From: Eledone cirrhosa
Lineage: Eukaryota
DNA length: 64,000 nt
Direction of reading: 5' to 3'
NCBI GenBank assembly: GCA_964016885.1
Contig: OZ024740.1
Coordinates: forward strand, 333,436,001 to 333,500,000
This document shows positions 26,048-37,658 of this stretch, in pieces. The translations under genes and the position numbers were made by a program. Below the pieces are notes generated by a model, which ran no database searches, was not told where the DNA came from, and saw only the letters and a list, made by a program, of their open reading frames with translations. Position 1 is the first letter of the stretch; the number at the start of each line of letters is the position of its first letter.

Positions 26048-27106
26048 ATTGAAAAATCTTGGAAGAGATACCTTGACGACTGTTTCATCATCTGGACAGA
26101 ATCTCTAGATACTCTGGATGAGTTCAATATCCTCCTGAATAACCTACACCCATCTCTCCAATTCACAAAAGAGATGAGTAGGACCAAATTACCATTCCTA
26201 GATATAATGATAATCAAAAACGACACCACCATTACCACGGATATATATTATAAACACACAGACACCCATCAATATCTGAATTTTAAGTCGTGCCATCCAC
26301 CTCATACAAAACGCAACTGCCTAGCCAGAAGAATTTGTACCATTGTAGAAGATACGAATACCAGGTACAAACGCCTAACAGAACTAAGAGAATTTTTGCT
26401 CAAACAAAAATACCCATCTCTACTTATAGAAAATGGCATACAGCGGGCTATAAAAATACCTATACAACAACTTAGAACAACCCAAGGAAGAAGAAACCAA
26501 GAACTGGTCATACCATTTATAATGACACACAACCCATGTCACCAGAATATATTCAACACTGCCAAAGCAAACCTACCGATCATCGCTCAAAGTAATGAAT
26601 TAAAAGGCTTAATCACAGATCGATCTTTGACTCTTAGTAAAAGACAGCCAAAAAATTTGAAGCAATTGCTAACAAAAGCAAAGTTTGACCTTAACAACAA
26701 AGACCAATCATTCACTGTATCTAAATGCAATGATAATCGATGCGGCACATGTCAATCCATACACGCCGGTCAATATATGAAAACAAAAACTGGAAAAATA
26801 TTCCCAAATGCAAATATGAACTGCAAAAGCAGAAATCTAATTTACTGCATTAAATGCCCGAATTGTGAAGAACTGTATGTCGGTCAAACTGGAAATGCAC
26901 TATCGGAACGTGCACGGGTACACCGTCAACAAATCAGAGACCCAAATGTCCGTCAGATACCCCTAAGCGGCCACCTGGCAACATGTGGTCAGGGAATATT
27001 TATAATATTCCCATTCTACAAATTACACAGCCCAAGTGAAATCAAGAGAAAAATCAAAGAAAAGAATTTTATTGATAAATTCAAACCCAAGCTAAATGAA
27101 CAATAA
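26048..27106 (+). CDS. Open but 5'-truncated PLE RT/thumb plus GIY-YIG endonuclease frame
   Basis: The frame upstream of ATG 26174 reads IEKSWKRYLDDCFIIW, then LPFLD, YLNFKSCHPPHTK, CNDNRCGTC, NCKSRNLIYCIKCPNC and YVGQT. Confidence 0.9.
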   Translation: MEKSWKRYLDDCFIIWTESLDTLDEFNILLNNLHPSLQFTKEMSRTKLPFLDIMIIKNDTTITTDIYYKHTDTHQYLNFKSCHPPHTKRNCLARRICTIVEDTNTRYKRLTELREFLLKQKYPSLLIENGIQRAIKIPIQQLRTTQGRRNQELVIPFIMTHNPCHQNIFNTAKANLPIIAQSNELKGLITDRSLTLSKRQPKNLKQLLTKAKFDLNNKDQSFTVSKCNDNRCGTCQSIHAGQYMKTKTGKIFPNANMNCKSRNLIYCIKCPNCEELYVGQTGNALSERARVHRQQIRDPNVRQIPLSGHLATCGQGIFIIFPFYKLHSPSEIKRKIKEKNFIDKFKPKLNEQ

Positions 27107-27308
27107 TAACGCCTAGGGGTATTACTTCTACTACCACTATGACCACGACCACTAACAACAACAACAACAACAATAATAATAATAAAAGTGATGTTGATGG
27201 TGATGATTAATAGAAAATGCTATTTTCATCATTTCAAAAAGCAAAACAATTGATACGTTGGGTATGACTATTGGACGTTAGCATACTCAACCAGCCGTGA
27301 CGCTTAAA

Positions 27309-27414
27309 CCAATCAGCTGTAGTAATTCAGTCAAACTACACACTGATTGGTCGAAATACAGTTTACAGGGCTTTGCATTCTGGAGCCACTTTTCTCTGTA
27401 TAAAATGTATAAAA
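27309..27414 (+). promoter_or_regulatory. Putative pLTR Pol II promoter (CCAAT boxes plus TATAAAA)
   Basis: CCAAT at 27309, ATTGG at 27346 and TATAAAA at 27399 and 27408, about 65 nt upstream of the hammerhead. Confidence 0.45.
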
Positions 27415-27477
27415 GGTAGTAAATTTACCCATCTCATTACAGTTGAAAATTGCAAACTCGACTGTCACCACATATCA

Positions 27478-27516
27478 TGAACCTGAAGATTGCGAAAGCA
27501 TGAAAGTACTTGTTCA
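27478..27516 (+). ncRNA. Minimal type I hammerhead ribozyme
   Basis: UGAAC / CUGAAGA / uUGC-gaaa-GCAu / GAA / AGUACU / U / GUUCA. Confidence 0.88.
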
Positions 27517-27686
27517 ATTAACACTTAGAATTTAATATTCTAGCATACTATTTCATTATAATATCATATTATATATATTTTAAAGGATTGTAAATAAAAC
27601 GAGTAAATCAGACAAAGTTGGAATTCCTCTTATTAATATAATCTTCTATACACACCCGTGTATATTTACCTATCTATATCTATATA

Positions 27687-27726
<40 letters not shown>

Positions 27727-27729
<3 letters not shown>

Positions 27730-28090
27730 GATATTAAATAAATGGAAACTATATTTATAAAACCATATTTATTTCATTATATATATTTCAGGGATATCAT
27801 ATTAAAAATATGGTATGCCTTCATCAGACAAAATACAATATAAACAGTCTTATAAATAGATAGATTTGACATACCTTACACTTCAACTTCCATTTAAAAA
27901 GTTGATTTGGTAGTTGATTTTTAATATGATATCCCTGAAATATATATAATGAAATAAATATGGTTTTATAAATATAGTTTCCATTTATTTAATATCGTAA
28001 ATATACTCCAAATAATTGTTGAGTTCTTTTATATCAGTTATAAATATTTACTCGTTGTAACACAACAATTTAAATAAAACTTTGCATATA
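27727..28090. repeat. Fold-back pLTR-like repeat (same family as 39.0-39.46k)
   Basis: 27727-27810 is inverted to 27918-27998; hammerhead-like motif on the minus strand at 27777-27831. Confidence 0.75.
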
Positions 28091-28549
28091 TATATATATA
28101 TATATATAGTTATACTTTGGGATGGACATGCTGTCGATAAAAACACATAAGCCTGTTCGTTTTCACTTCAGTTCATTATACATTTCCGGTTGGTCGATTG
28201 GTTCGATAAACGAGTGGTTGCTTATATATTATGAAATCTCTTTCGGCTCACTTTCTGTGACCTCCTCAGTGACTAGGTTTTTATTTTGTGTCTCTCCGTT
28301 GTTCTGTCCTACACAATCTGGTTTTTGTTTATTGTAGTAAGTGTGCTTAGTTTGCGCATGCGTTACATCCATGTGTGTGTGTGTGTGCTTTTATTTATTT
28401 ATTTATCCATGTGCTTATTTACTTATCATTAGTTGGTTGTTTGTTCTACCTGTGTGTGTTTGATTTGTTTGGTTAATTTGGTTTTCGTGTGTCTGTATGT
28501 CTTCATTGTGTCCTTAATTACTAGTTGTGATGTTGCTATTCTACTCATG

Positions 28550-28760
28550 TTATCTGTTTAATTTTGGTTGGAGTTCCTTTATGTTTGTCGCCTCTGTGAT
28601 TTGTCTCAGCATTGCATCTTTAATATTATCTTTAATTCTATGTTCTTTAATGTGCCCCTATGATCTATTTTGGCATGTTGATTGAGTACTGATGAGTTTT
28701 TCCCATCCTGAAGTTCTCGCCAGAGTTCACTTATCCTTTCTCCTATGCTACATGCTCTTT
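28550..28760 (-). pseudogene. Decayed GIY-YIG endonuclease C-terminus (PLE-like)
   Basis: Minus translation SIGERISELWRELQDGKNSSVLNQHAKIDH...DAMLRQITEATNIKELQPKLN. Confidence 0.5.
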
Positions 28761-29212
28761 TACTAATGTATGTTATGTATCATATATAACATACATAGAG
28801 CTAATAAGCGAGTCATGTTACACTGGAGTTTCACCTGTTTATAATCCTGATCATTCTGTATTAAACAGGTGATACTCCATAGGAGAAAGACACCCTTCTT
28901 AGTCTTAATCTATAGAATATATTATAACAACTGCGTTACGTGTTGTCTCAAAACAAAAATCCAAACGATATGTATATATCCATTGATACGTTACCGGTTT
29001 TCCGTGTTATTCACTTCGTCGAGCAGTAAACATATGTCCGAAATTTTCAAGTAGCAGTTTATATATGTGTGGAGGTGGATATTAAGAGTGGCGTTGCTGC
29101 TTGTGAACTGGCGAGGTTATCAAGTTACGAGATTGGTCGCTTCATTCATACTGCTTTACATCTGTTAAGAAGAAGTCGGCAGATTTTGAATCACACAAAA
29201 TTCCTCAATTGG

Positions 29213-29323
<111 letters not shown>

Positions 29324-29620
29324 TAGGTTTATTGGTTGACCACTGGATAAAACTGGTCATTCCGTATGGTGAACATCGGAGTTTACTGAAAATTGATAAT
29401 TATAGACCTACTTTCAAAATCGAAGTTAAAAGGTTGTGGTGTCGTTCATGGCTTTCCTACAGCTACTAGTAATATTTAGTGTCGAGTTCTGGTCATTATT
29501 GAAAGTCTTTGGATTTCGCAAAATACATAATATTTTTTATTGGAGAAGGTATCTTTCCGCAAAAATTCGATTGCACTATTTTATTTCTACTTTTGTTTCC
29601 ATTTTTGAAAATGTTATTTA

Positions 29621-29648
29621 TCATTATCTATAAAAGGCAGATTGTTGC

Positions 29649-29725
<77 letters not shown>

Positions 29726-30686
29726 ATGTTCCATGTTTATACATTTGCACAATGTCAAACCGATTCGACTCAAAATCTGTAAGAATGTTGTAAATGGTCT
29801 GACTTAAGCTAACGAATATTTATTTCATTGAAACTCACCCACAATTATGGATATAATCGATAAAACTAAATACATGACGCCTTACCCCTCTAATAGAATC
29901 TGATTACCCTTTCTAGTCCCCTTAAAATTCAATAAAACTACATACATGCTTACAAACTTCCCTTAGGAACGCCGAAGAGAGAGAGGGAGAGAGAGAGAGA
30001 ACGTTTGTTTTTGAGTGTGGAACGGTCAAACATTTATTTACTTCAATGACAAAGAGAACTTATTACATTCCATACGAAACAACAATTATTCAAAAGCAAC
30101 AGATAAATTTATTCAACAACAAGAAAAATAGCGATACATCTTTTTTAAAACCTCTCAAAGAACGTGGAAGAAAGAAGTATTAGTTTATTTACTCTACGCA
30201 ATAATATACTCTATGAGGTCATTAAACCTGCTAGAAACAGTAGCTAACTCCCCCTCCCCTATCACACCACTCCCTACTGTCTTAAATTTAGAAAACATAT
30301 CCTCTATGAGGTCACTAAACCTGCTAGAAACAGCAGCTAACTCTTCCCCCTATCACACCTCTCCCTACTGTCTTAAATTTAGAAAACACACATTAGACAA
30401 CCATGCAGAACAACTCCATCGCAGCTCTGTTGTTCGGCTGGCATCGTCTACGCGCGTGTTGAGCAACTACTGTGAAACAATAAATTTCAACACTTCTTTG
30501 CACAGAGATAATATCCATAGGCGAAACTACAATTGTCACTGCTGGTGCAGCTCCTGCTTCGGTAGTCTAGGTCTGCAATTATTTCACCCAGTGCCTGGCA
30601 GACAAAAAAGTGGTGCCATAAAATGGGTGGTGCAACCTAACTTTGGTAACTTACTGACCCCGAGCAACGCCGGGCATTAATAGTAG
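29621..30686 (+). mobile_element. Non-autonomous Helitron
   Basis: Starts TC and ends in a hairpin (cccg-agcaacgc-cggg) plus GTAG (CTAG-like). It sits between A and T with no TSD; the empty site atgttattta|ttcattataa is seen in the inverted paralog at 30941-30960. Confidence 0.85.
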
Positions 30687-30775
30687 TTCATTATAAAAAT
30701 TAAATTATAGCATCCTATATGTAGGTGGAGCCCCTTCATCCCCTGGCAACCAATATTTCTAGACCCAGTGCGCTA

Positions 30776-30861
<86 letters not shown>

Positions 30862-31599
30862 TAGCGGACTGGGTCTAAAAATATTGGTTGCCAGGAGATG
30901 AAGGGAGCCCACCTACATATAGGATGCTATCATTTAATTTTTATAATGAATAAATAACATTTTCAAAAATGGAAACAAAAGTGGAAACAAAATAGTGGAA
31001 TCGAATTTTTGCGGAAAGATAACTTACCTTCTCCAATAAAAAATATTATGTATTTTGCGAAATCCAAAGACTTTCAATAATGACCAGAAGTCGACACTAA
31101 ATATTACTAGTAGCTGTTGGAAAGCCATGAACGACACCACATCCTTTTAACTTTGATTTTGAAAGTAGGTTTATAATTATCAATTTGCAGTATACTTTTG
31201 AAGCTGTCTTGGTGACCTAGTTAAAGGATTCATAAACGATGGTGACCCTTGGTCTGAAGTTCGATCCTGGTTTGAGGTAGGTTCCCGGTTAACCTTTTTA
31301 TTTTTTTTTCTATTGGTTGTAAAATAAAAGCTGAAAAAGGCTACATGTGCGCCCTGTCCAGGATTGAACCTAACGACAGGATCTCCCCCTCTCTATTACC
31401 CACCACTAGGCAACAGAGACAACTACGAAAATCTTATGAAAATTTATAGTTATAAAATTGCTTTCAAAATTTTCAAAACAAAGTGTTGTGGTGTCGTTCA
31501 TATCTTTCTTAATGATATTGCTGTTACTTAAGGTCGACTTCTAAATATTTAGGGTGTTCCATAAACTGCATCCTCATTTTGTTTCACACTTATCTAGAC

Positions 31600-31767
31600 C
31601 AGCGGTACCCAAAGTGCGTTCCGCAGACAAGTGTCTGGGGTTCCGTGAAAAAATGGTAGAGGGGCATATTTATAATACGACCATATAGCAGTATTAGATT
31701 TTGAGGTTCCCTCAAACGTTTCTGAACCAAAAGTGGTTCCGCGTTTGAAAAAGTTTGGGAAACCCTG
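31600..31767. mobile_element. hAT-family MITE
   Basis: Imperfect TIRs CAGCGGTACCCAAA / TTTGGGAAACCCTG, 8-bp TSD ATCTAGAC (31592-31599, 31768-31775) and an empty site at 32642-32649. Confidence 0.9.
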
Positions 31768-32851
31768 ATCTAGACTATATTATAACTTGTAATCCATGTT
31801 TCATTTCAGTAACACCTCATTTCTCGCCCCCCTCTCTCTCTCTGATATTTGAATCTACTATGATTTGGGATAACCTTATTTCTATATATATGTTTTTACA
31901 TGTCTGTTAGATTCAAAGTGACAATGATTGGTATTAAATATTTATATGTATACTGTGACGAACTAGATCTAAAAATATTGGTTGCCAGATGCTATCATTT
32001 AATTTTTATAATGTATGAATAACATTTTGAAAAAATACGTAAGTCGAAACAAAACAGTGCAATAACATTTTTGCAGAAACATATCTTACCTTCTCCAATG
32101 AAAAAATATTATGTATTTTGGGAAATCGAGAGATTTTCAATAATGACCAGATGTCAGCACTAAATATTACTAATAGCCCTAGGAAAGCCATAAACGATAC
32201 CACATCCTTTTAACTTTGATTTTGAAAGTAGGTTTATAATCATCTCGTAGCTGTCTCGGCGGCCTAGGTGGAGGAATCATAGACGCTGATGACCCTGGTC
32301 TGAAGTTCGAACCTGGTCGGAGGTAGATACCAGGTTAACCTTTTCATTTTTTTTTGTATTATTGGTTGTAAAATAAAAACTGAAAAAGATTACATGTACC
32401 TCTTGAGCAGGATTGAACCAAAGAACAGGATCTCAACCGTCTCTAGTACCTACCATAAGGCCTCAGAAACAACTACAAACATTTTATGAACATTCATAGT
32501 TATGAACTTACTTTCAAAATTTTCAAAACAAAGTGTTGTGGTGTCGTTCATGTCTTTCTTAATGTCATTGCTCCTACTTAATATTGACTTCTAAATCATG
32601 TGGGTGTTCCATAAACTACATCCTCATTTTGTTGCACATCTATCTAGACTATATTTTAACTTGTAATCCATGTGTCATTTCTGTTGCACGCACCTCATGT
32701 CCCCTCCTCTCTTTTTCTCTCTGTGATATTTGAATCTACTATGATTTGGGCTTAGCTTATTCCTATATATATATATGTGTTTTTGCATGTCAGTTAGATT
32801 CAAACTTACAATGATTGGCATTAGACAAGATCTAACAATATTAGTTGCTAG

Positions 32852-33043
32852 ATGGTGAATTGTCAGTATCGGTAGTGAGTCAGACGCATATGCTTTCCAG
32901 CATAGTTACGTCTCTTTACGGTTTGAGTTCAAATCCCGCCGAGGTTAACTTTGTCTTTCATCCTTACGGGGTCGATAAAATAAAGTACCAGTAATATACT
33001 GAGTAATTGGTGGCCTTGAGCCAAAATTAGAAACAATTATTTA
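32852..33043 (+). mobile_element. tRNA-derived SINE
   Basis: Paralog of 9065-9257. Confidence 0.85.
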
Positions 33044-33069
33044 TAAGTATATAAGTAAATATATATATG

Positions 33070-33103
<34 letters not shown>

Positions 33104-33148
33104 TATACACGTGTGTGTATGATTGTGTATAGAAGATTATCTTAATAA

Positions 33149-33342
33149 ACTGTTGAAAATTGCAAACTTGACTGTCACCACATAATATGAACATGAAGAT
33201 TGCGAAAGCATGAAAGCACTTGTTCTATTAACACTTAACATTTAATATTCTACTATACTATTTCATTCTAATACCATTATACATTTGAAAGGATTGTAAA
33301 TAAAACGAGTAAATCAGACAAGATTGGAATTATTTTATTAAT
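33149..33342 (+). repeat. Solo pLTR of the 26-27.6k PLE family with a mutated hammerhead (33188-33226)
   Basis: Matches 27440-27640; the core is ATGAAGA (C3A) and the stem III palindrome is broken (agcact). Confidence 0.85.
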
Positions 33343-33403
33343 ATATATATATATATATATATATAGAAATTACATGAATCAAAGTTCTGTTTAAATCATT
33401 TAT

Positions 33404-33452
33404 TTGCTTACAATTGTTTCTTCCAAATCGAGGTTTGGGGTCTTCGGAGCAA
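33404..33452 (-). ncRNA. Type I hammerhead, CCGAAGA (U4C) core
   Basis: Reverse complement reads UUGCU / CCGAAGA / ccccaaaccucgauuuggaa / GAA / ACAAUUGU / A / AGCAA. Confidence 0.75.
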
Positions 33453-33953
33453 TTATTCAGTGATTTTTTTACATACTTGACTTCCTTTTCAACACAAGAG
33501 ACATATAGAAACATATGTATATATTGACCCACAGTGGGTTGACATACATTATAATAATATAGCATGACAATTTACATACAAAGATTACAGTCATATTAAA
33601 GGACAAAATTAAAGTTAAAATTAAAAGTAAAATTAAAATTAAAATAAAATATTGGCAGTTTATGAAGATAAAGCAAGAGGAAAGTTTGGAGTAGCCAGTG
33701 TATGCAGCAGTCACACGTGAGGCATGCACGCGTGTCCTATTTATACAAGATTATAGTGCGGCAGATTGTTACATGTAAAACAAGCAGTCAAAGCAGGCAA
33801 TCAAGAGCATCATGGGGGCTGTACTGGTAAAGCATTTTTCACACTCACCTGTACAATATAGAAGCCCGTGTGTAGAGAAACACCAAAAATATCAAAAATA
33901 TTACAAATGAGAAGCAAAAGAGCACCACTGTCCTCGCACACACCACCACTCTG

Positions 33954-35441
33954 ATGATATTGGCCACCAACCGCGATGATGCACTTCTACTTATAGATTA
34001 TAAAAAATTCAATATAGAAAGAACTAGAAAACTATCGCACAAGACATTCAAAAACTATAACCTTAGTATTTCCATGGACAAAAACACTAAAAACGTTAAC
34101 TTCCTGGACGCCACCCTCTACCTAGATTCAAAGATGTATGCACCTTTCCACAAACCTAATGAAAAACTCATTTACGTAGATACCAAGTCTAACCACCCTA
34201 GATCTATATTAAACTCTATCTCTAAGGGAGTATCTAATAGAATCTCTAATCTATCCTATGACGTAAACATATTTAGCAAAAACTCGCAATATTATAATCA
34301 GGCATTAGCCAGATCAGGCCATAATATAGAGATCGAGTTCCTACCTACAAAAACACATAGCTACAACATTATTTCACACAACATGTCCATGAGGAAATTT
34401 AGTAATAGGAATAGCAACCACCTACACACTAATACGGAGGATGCCAACAAAAGTAACCCACACCACAGAAATTATCATAGTACCATAAAAGGAAACAACT
34501 CACCATACATAAAAAACAAAAATAGAAGAAATAATACATTTTTCAACCCTCCTTTCAATCTAAACGTCTCTACCAACCTACCTAGGGCTTTCTTCTCACT
34601 ACTAGATAAACACTTCCCATCCGGCCACAAGTACCATAGCATTTTAAACAAAAACACTATTAAAATCTCCTACTCTACTACGCCTAACATAGCATACCAC
34701 ATAGCTCGTAGCAATAAAAGAAAAAATAATTCTTACTTCCAACAAACTAAATCACAACAGACGATAAACATTCAAAATAACATTATAGCATCTAACCCTA
34801 ATATCAATAGAAATAATAGTAATAGCACACGTGTAAACAATAACGCTGGGAACGATAACCCTATAGCTACTATCCAGACTTCTACACAACATAATAACCG
34901 GCAGACTAACACCCAAAATAATTGTAACTGTAGATCAAATAGAACCTGCCCTTTAGATAAAAAATGCTTAATCAAGGATAGCATATACTCATGCACAGTC
35001 ACAACTAGCAACTCTTTTGAAACCTATATAGGCTCTACTTCAAACTGCTTCAAAACCAGATACAATTCGCACCTCCACTCTTTCAAAAAACACAGTCTAG
35101 CCAACTCCACTTCACTATCTAGCTACATATACTATCTAAAAACTAAAATTAAACCATATACATTTAAATGGGAAGTCATAGGTAACGCGACATCGTACAA
35201 ACCACCTAATAAATTGTGTAACCTCTGTCTACTAGAGACCCATTCTATCATCTTCTCAAACCATAACCTCCTTAATAAAAAATCAGAGTGTTCTCGTCTT
35301 GCCAACACCGCTTCCGACACTCCTTCCAAAACTTTAAACCCAATATATAACAATGTCAAACTTGAACCCGTCACCACCTCTAGCAACAAACATCAGGAGC
35401 ACACCTTACACCTCATCTCCACACCCATTAATCCACTTTAG
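33954..35441 (+). CDS. Truncated Naiad-type RT (from the DD motif) plus GIY-YIG endonuclease
   Basis: RDDAL, VNFLDATL, PFHKPN..YV..SNHP, FFNPPFN, KISYSTTPN, CNCRSNRTCPLDKKCL, IYSC..YIGST, CNLCLLE and LLNKKSE; probably frameshifted at the extreme C-terminus. Confidence 0.9.
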   Translation: MILATNRDDALLLIDYKKFNIERTRKLSHKTFKNYNLSISMDKNTKNVNFLDATLYLDSKMYAPFHKPNEKLIYVDTKSNHPRSILNSISKGVSNRISNLSYDVNIFSKNSQYYNQALARSGHNIEIEFLPTKTHSYNIISHNMSMRKFSNRNSNHLHTNTEDANKSNPHHRNYHSTIKGNNSPYIKNKNRRNNTFFNPPFNLNVSTNLPRAFFSLLDKHFPSGHKYHSILNKNTIKISYSTTPNIAYHIARSNKRKNNSYFQQTKSQQTINIQNNIIASNPNINRNNSNSTRVNNNAGNDNPIATIQTSTQHNNRQTNTQNNCNCRSNRTCPLDKKCLIKDSIYSCTVTTSNSFETYIGSTSNCFKTRYNSHLHSFKKHSLANSTSLSSYIYYLKTKIKPYTFKWEVIGNATSYKPPNKLCNLCLLETHSIIFSNHNLLNKKSECSRLANTASDTPSKTLNPIYNNVKLEPVTTSSNKHQEHTLHLISTPINPL

Positions 35442-36874
35442 CGCAAATAGTGACATCCTCCTAGTACCTTTTACCCTAGAGATATCCCCATGTACTTCTA
35501 CTTTTGGTATATTGGCCTTCAATTACTTAGACTACATTACACCAATATATAATTAATGTAAACTTTAAGCACGGAATTGGTTGTACTAACATCGTCCAGT
35601 GTATGGAGTGCCATCATTGGATAAATGAAAGATTAAGTAATTAATGTATTAACATAAAAGAGCTATATAATCTATATGCTGAGTGCAATGAATTATGTAC
35701 AGGTGATGTATGAGTTATAAATACATGTATGACTTGATGGTCAGATTAGTGTCTTTGTAAGTGAGAATTGATCTCTGGACTACCCTAGTGATATTTAACT
35801 TTGCCATGCAATCAGACATGCAATGCCCCAGAGCTTACCAGGAGTCATATATAGAAGTGATTCTAATAAGACCCTGCCAGGTTCTGCGGGTGGACTACAC
35901 TTACAAAGATCATTGATTTGGAAATCTGACACTTCATGTAGAATATTCGGTTGTGGCACTCTATGATAGAAGGTAATCATCCTAATATGAACACCTTTAG
36001 TACTTCTTGATAGACTACACTGTAATTTGTAGATAAGATACTTAAATTTAGAAATTGTTTATAACCTTATATGATAGGGACTCATTTGAGACACCATTAA
36101 TGTACTTTAGGATAATAAATTTAGCTATAGAAATCAACTAGTTACCTCCCCTTACGCATTAACTCCCCTTAATCACACACACACTTCCGGAATATAATAC
36201 GATGTCAACTCTCACAACAAAAACAACCTGCTATATAGAATCGAATTAGAGAACGACAAGCATGATGTTCTAACATGGTTCAACAGGCATCCAATGTTGA
36301 ATTATCGTGCATTGTGTGATGGACATGTAGTCTATAAATTGCGTTTCCTGGATTGTGAGAGTGGTGGTGTGTGCGAGGACAGTGGGGCTGTTTTGCTTCT
36401 CATTTGTAATATTTTTGATATTTTTGGTGTTTCTCTACACACGGGCTTCTATATCGTACAGGTGTGTGTGAAAAATGCTTTACCAGTACAGCCCCCATGA
36501 TGCTCTTGATTGCCTGCTTTGACTGCTTGTTTTACATGTAACAATCTGCCGCACTATAATCTTGTATAAATAGGACACGCGTGCATGCCTCACGTGTGAC
36601 TGCTGCATACACTGGCTACTCCAAACTTTCCTCTTACTTTATCTTCATAAACTGCCAAGGTTTTATTTTAATTTTAATTTTAATTTTAATTTTAATTTTA
36701 ATTTTAATTTTAACTTTAATTTTGTCCTTTAATATGACTGTAATCTTTGTATGTAAATTCCCATGCTCTATTAGTATAATGAATGTCAACCCACTGTGGG
36801 TCAATATATACATATGTTTCTATATGTCTCTTGTGTTGAAAAGGAGGTCAAGTATGTAAAAAATCACTGAATAA

Positions 36875-36923
36875 TTGTTCCGAAGACCCCAAACCTCGGT
36901 TTGGAAGAAACAATTGTAAGCAA
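36875..36923 (+). ncRNA. Type I hammerhead, CCGAAGA (U4C) core
   Basis: ttgtt-ccgaaga-cc-ccaaacc-tc-ggtttgg-aa-gaa-acaattgt-a-agcaa. Confidence 0.75.
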
Positions 36924-37122
36924 ATAAATGATTTAAACAGAACTTTGATTCATGTAATTTCTATATAACTGCTCTGTAAAACAACTGATGTTTTTACATT
37001 GAGCTATTTATCTTACTGGTAATAAGATAGTAATAAATTTTTGCCTTTCATTATTTAGGGTTTAAAATATATATAACTATAAAAGGTTTTAATATATACA
37101 TAATCATAAATAGTATCCTTAA

Positions 37123-37184
<62 letters not shown>

Positions 37185-37186
<2 letters not shown>

Positions 37187-37282
37187 ACACTACCTACACC
37201 ACCAATTGATTTGACAGGTGTCTTTAACCCATTGATACCAAATATTATTTGGTCAGTAGTTTGTGTGTAAGTATAAAAATAA

Positions 37283-37334
<52 letters not shown>

Positions 37335-37488
37335 TATATATATGTATATATATATACTATATATGTATATATATATATATATTTATTTATTTATTTTTAG
37401 ACTTACACACAAACTACTGACCAAATAATATTTGGTATCAATGGGTTAAAGACATCTGTCAAATCTATTAGTTGTGTAGGTGGTGTAC

Positions 37489-37490
<2 letters not shown>
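37185..37490. repeat. About 100-bp inverted repeat around a (TA)n core
   Basis: 37187-37288 is the reverse complement of 37385-37488. Confidence 0.85.
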
Positions 37491-37557
<67 letters not shown>

Positions 37558-37567
37558 TATATGTATG

Positions 37568-37658
<91 letters not shown>

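Larger units (their letters stand above)
26048..27640 (+). mobile_element. 5'-truncated Neptune/Penelope-type PLE with 3' pLTR
   Basis: RT C-terminus plus GIY-YIG ORF, then 3'UTR, TATA-like boxes and a hammerhead; starts at (TA)n. Confidence 0.95.
29390..32850. repeat. About 1-kb repeat in two tandem copies (30859-31960, 31965-32850) plus one inverted partial copy (29390-29620 and 30687-30778)
   Basis: Shared blocks aatattggttgcca, ttttgaaagtaggt and gtgttgtggtgtcgttcat; each tandem copy holds a tRNA-like B-box head (gttcga(t/a)cc). Confidence 0.85.
33361..37125 (+). mobile_element. 5'-truncated Naiad-type PLE with about 600-bp inverted pLTRs
   Basis: 33361-33952 is the reverse complement of 36358-36966 and the two enclose the ORF; (TA)n flanks. 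Confidence 0.92.

Noticed and set aside
30213-30680. 155-aa ORF
   Set aside because: It arises from a duplication of about 93 bp inside the non-autonomous Helitron and has no recognisable domain.
32248-32330. tRNA gene (also about 31200-31280)
   Set aside because: A B-box is present but no cloverleaf can be drawn; it is a SINE-like head inside a repeat.
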